DNA from: Oscillospiraceae bacterium
GTDB lineage: Bacteria > Bacillota > Clostridia > Oscillospirales > Oscillospiraceae
Direction of reading: 5' to 3'
NCBI GenBank assembly: GCA_020025305.1
Contig: JAHHSG010000003.1
Coordinates: forward strand, 45,367 to 109,366
Length of the DNA: 64,000 nt
In this document: positions 61,358 through 64,000 of the stretch, in pieces
Numbering within the stretch: position 1 is the stretch's first letter
Layout: each line of letters begins with the position of its first letter
Translations under genes and position numbers: made by a program
Notes under the pieces: generated by a model
Database searches by the model: none
What the model was told of the DNA's origin: nothing
Seen by the model: only the letters and a program-made list of their open reading frames with translations

Positions 61358-62508
61358 TACTGATCGCCTCCTTTCTCCTCAGGCGCATCTGCCTGTGATG
61401 CCTGCTCTCCAAGTGCCGCTTTCTCCTCGCGCTTGGCAATGCTGGCATTAATGGCATACTTCATAAAGAGCACGAAACCGCACAGATAAATGATAATAGC
61501 CGAGATTAGATCGGAGATCTGTGCACAATACATCGTCTTATCCACATACGCACCACCCACGGTGATATGCTGGATAAAGAAGGAGGACAGGATGGCCCCC
61601 ACCGGATGCAAACCACCCAGGAACGCAGCCGCAATCCCGTTAAAGCCCATGGGGGGTACGGAGGAAGTGCTGCACTGCCACTGCTCATAACCGGTAAGGT
61701 ACAGCATGGCAGCACCCATGCCTGCCAGCGCTCCGCCGATGGCCAGTGTCAGGATAATGTTTCGCTTTTCCGCCATACCGCAGTATTTGGCCGCATTTTT
61801 ATTGTTGCCCGTTGCTTTTAACTCGTACCCAAAGCGAGTTTTTTCCAGTACTACCCACACCAGCACCGCACAGACAATCGATAGAGGAATGGCCAGACCC
61901 ACATACTGGTTGTTGTTGAAGAGTTTCCCCAGTCCCAGCGATGGCAGCAGAGCGCCTGGATTCTTGGAGGTCAGCAGATATGTATACGGGCTGGTTTCCT
62001 CTTTCACCTGCGTCAGCAGCATATTCACCAGATACAAGGTAATCCAGTTGAGCATAATGCCGGAAATCACCTCGTTGACGTTGCAATAGGATTTCAAAAC
62101 GCCGCTGATGGCTCCCAGCAGCGCACCGGCAGCCATCGCCAGCAGCATGCAGACCCACCAAGGCATATTCCAAGCAAGAGCCGCATACAATCCCACGCCA
62201 ATACCGGCACAATACTGCCCGGCAACGCCGATATTGAAAAGCCCCACCTTATAAGCAAAGAGGATGGACAAAGAACACATCAAAAGCGGCGCTGTCTTGA
62301 CCAATGTATTGCCCAGATACTTCATCTGCATGGAGGCTTTACTATAGTTCAGGAAGTTCTTCACCACCGCAACGATTGCCTGTCCAGCGCCGGCAGGATT
62401 AATGAACAACAGCACGATATAGCCCAGCAGCAGTCCCAACAACACACACAGCAAAGACGCCAGCAGTGTCTGCACGCCGCTGCTTTTCAGCGGATTTTTC
62501 TTCTTCAT
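61357..62508 (-). CDS. Nucleoside/simple-sugar ABC transporter permease
   Basis: GLFNIGVAGQ, NEVISGIMLNW, GFNGIAAAFLG. Confidence 0.9.
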   Translation of the reverse strand: MKKKNPLKSSGVQTLLASLLCVLLGLLLGYIVLLFINPAGAGQAIVAVVKNFLNYSKASMQMKYLGNTLVKTAPLLMCSLSILFAYKVGLFNIGVAGQYCAGIGVGLYAALAWNMPWWVCMLLAMAAGALLGAISGVLKSYCNVNEVISGIMLNWITLYLVNMLLTQVKEETSPYTYLLTSKNPGALLPSLGLGKLFNNNQYVGLAIPLSIVCAVLVWVVLEKTRFGYELKATGNNKNAAKYCGMAEKRNIILTLAIGGALAGMGAAMLYLTGYEQWQCSTSSVPPMGFNGIAAAFLGGLHPVGAILSSFFIQHITVGGAYVDKTMYCAQISDLISAIIIYLCGFVLFMKYAINASIAKREEKAALGEQASQADAPEEKGGDQ

Positions 62509-64000
62509 GCCTTCACCTCATCTCTCTTGGCACCTGCCATGTAGAGGCCCAATTCCTCCTGCGTCGTGGTCTTGGGATCCAATTCACCGACGATCTCACC
62601 CTCATACATGACCAGAATACGGTCGGGCACATCCATTACCTCGTCTAATTCCAAGGATACCAGCAGCACCGCTTTACCGGCGTCTCGCTGAGCCACCAGC
62701 TGCTTATGGATATACTCGATGGCTCCCACGTCCAGACCGCGCGTAGGCTGAACAGCCACCAGCAGTTCGGGCTCCTTGTCGATTTCACGAGCCACAATTG
62801 CCTTTTGTTGGTTTCCGCCCGACATACTGCGCGCCGCTGTGATGGGTCCTTGGCCGGAGCGCACATCGTATTGGTCAATCAGCTTTTGCGCATACTTCCG
62901 GATGTTATCCCGACGCAAAAAGCCCAGCTTATCCGTAAATTCCGGTTCAAAATACCGCTGCAGCACCAGATTGTCCTCCAGCGAATAATCCAATACTAAG
63001 CCGTGCTTATGACGATCCTCCGGAATATGACTCATGCCCTTGAGGCTGCGATGACGGATGGACGCCTTGGTAATATCCTCACCGCAAAGAGTAATCTTGC
63101 CGGCGGAGAGATGCTCCAGCCCGGTCAAGCCATAAACGAACTCCGTCTGTCCATTGCCATCGATACCGGCAAGGCACACAATCTCGCCCCGGCGCACCTG
63201 CAGCGACACGTCCTTGACCGCGTTATTGTTGTGATTTTTGGAGGGCACGGTCATATGCTGCACGTCCAGCACCACTTCTCCCGGCGCACTGGGCTTCTTG
63301 TCCACGTGGAAATTGACGTTGCGGCCCACCATCATGGCAGACAGCTCCTCCATGGTGGTATTGGCTGTCTCCACGGTGCCGATATACTTGCCCTTGCGCA
63401 GCACCGTGCAGCGATCGGCCACCGCCATGATCTCCGCCAGCTTATGGGAAATGAAGAGGATCGACTTGCCCTCTGCCGCCAGATTCTTCATGATCACCAT
63501 CAGCTCGTCGATCTCCTGCGGCGTCAGAACTGCCGTGGGCTCGTCGAAAATGAGGATCTCATTATCCCGGAAGAGCATCTTTAAGATCTCAGTGCGCTGC
63601 TGCATACCCACGGTAATATCCTCAATCAGGGCATCCGGATCTACCTGAAGACCGTACTTCTCCGAAAGAGCCATTACCTTCTCCCGAGCAATCTTTTTCT
63701 GTAAAAATCCACATTTTGTGGGTTCTACACCCATAATAATGTTATCCAGCACAGTAAAGCACTCCACCAACTTAAAATGCTGATGCACCATGCCAATGCC
63801 CAGTGCATTGGCATCGTTGGGGTTCTTGATGGAGACTACCTGTCCATCCTTTTTGATGACACCCTCTTCCGGTTGATAAAGGCCGAAAAGCACGGACATC
63901 AGCGTGGACTTGCCCGCGCCGTTTTCGCCCAACAGCGCATGAATTTCTCCCTTACGCAGCTGCAGCGTAATGTTATCATTGGCGATGATACCTGGGAACT
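62505..64000 (-). CDS. Nucleoside/simple-sugar ABC transporter ATPase with two NBDs, 5'-truncated
   Basis: GENGAGKST, DEPTAVLTPQE, SGGNQQK, QPTRGLDVGA; frame open to the window end (FPGIIANDNI). Confidence 0.92.
   Translation of the reverse strand, partial: FPGIIANDNITLQLRKGEIHALLGENGAGKSTLMSVLFGLYQPEEGVIKKDGQVVSIKNPNDANALGIGMVHQHFKLVECFTVLDNIIMGVEPTKCGFLQKKIAREKVMALSEKYGLQVDPDALIEDITVGMQQRTEILKMLFRDNEILIFDEPTAVLTPQEIDELMVIMKNLAAEGKSILFISHKLAEIMAVADRCTVLRKGKYIGTVETANTTMEELSAMMVGRNVNFHVDKKPSAPGEVVLDVQHMTVPSKNHNNNAVKDVSLQVRRGEIVCLAGIDGNGQTEFVYGLTGLEHLSAGKITLCGEDITKASIRHRSLKGMSHIPEDRHKHGLVLDYSLEDNLVLQRYFEPEFTDKLGFLRRDNIRKYAQKLIDQYDVRSGQGPITAARSMSGGNQQKAIVAREIDKEPELLVAVQPTRGLDVGAIEYIHKQLVAQRDAGKAVLLVSLELDEVMDVPDRILVMYEGEIVGELDPKTTTQEELGLYMAGAKRDEVKA

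Overview
A core chromosomal segment from a spore-forming Clostridia bacterium; GC-rich codon usage and gene content suggest an Oscillospiraceae-like organism (inference). In order it holds a 5'-truncated rpoN, lexA, secG, the complete S10-spc-alpha ribosomal superoperon (rpsJ to rplQ, minus strand), proS, ymdB/rny, clpC, trmN6-rsmI-abrB, spmAB, argS-murI, thyA-folA-recG, uvrC, a shortened pyruvate kinase, HPr, mutS2-recO-era-ybeY-phoH-yqfD-yqfC, ylbJ and a nucleoside-type ABC transporter cut by the window end. I see no transposase, integrase, phage gene, CRISPR array, rRNA or tRNA. The most interesting signals are non-coding. (1) A long hairpin just upstream of rpsH (S8) reproduces the S8-binding core of 16S rRNA helix 21, a candidate S8 autoregulatory leader. 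(2) A 46-bp near-perfect copy of the 3' end of era lies 230 bp downstream of the gene, between two related hairpins in a palindrome-dense cassette. (3) Further structured leaders sit at rplC, rny and recG. Three small CDSs missing from the ORF track were also found: rpmJ, a YqzL-like peptide and a 57-aa two-TM protein. All calls were made by eye, without database searches.
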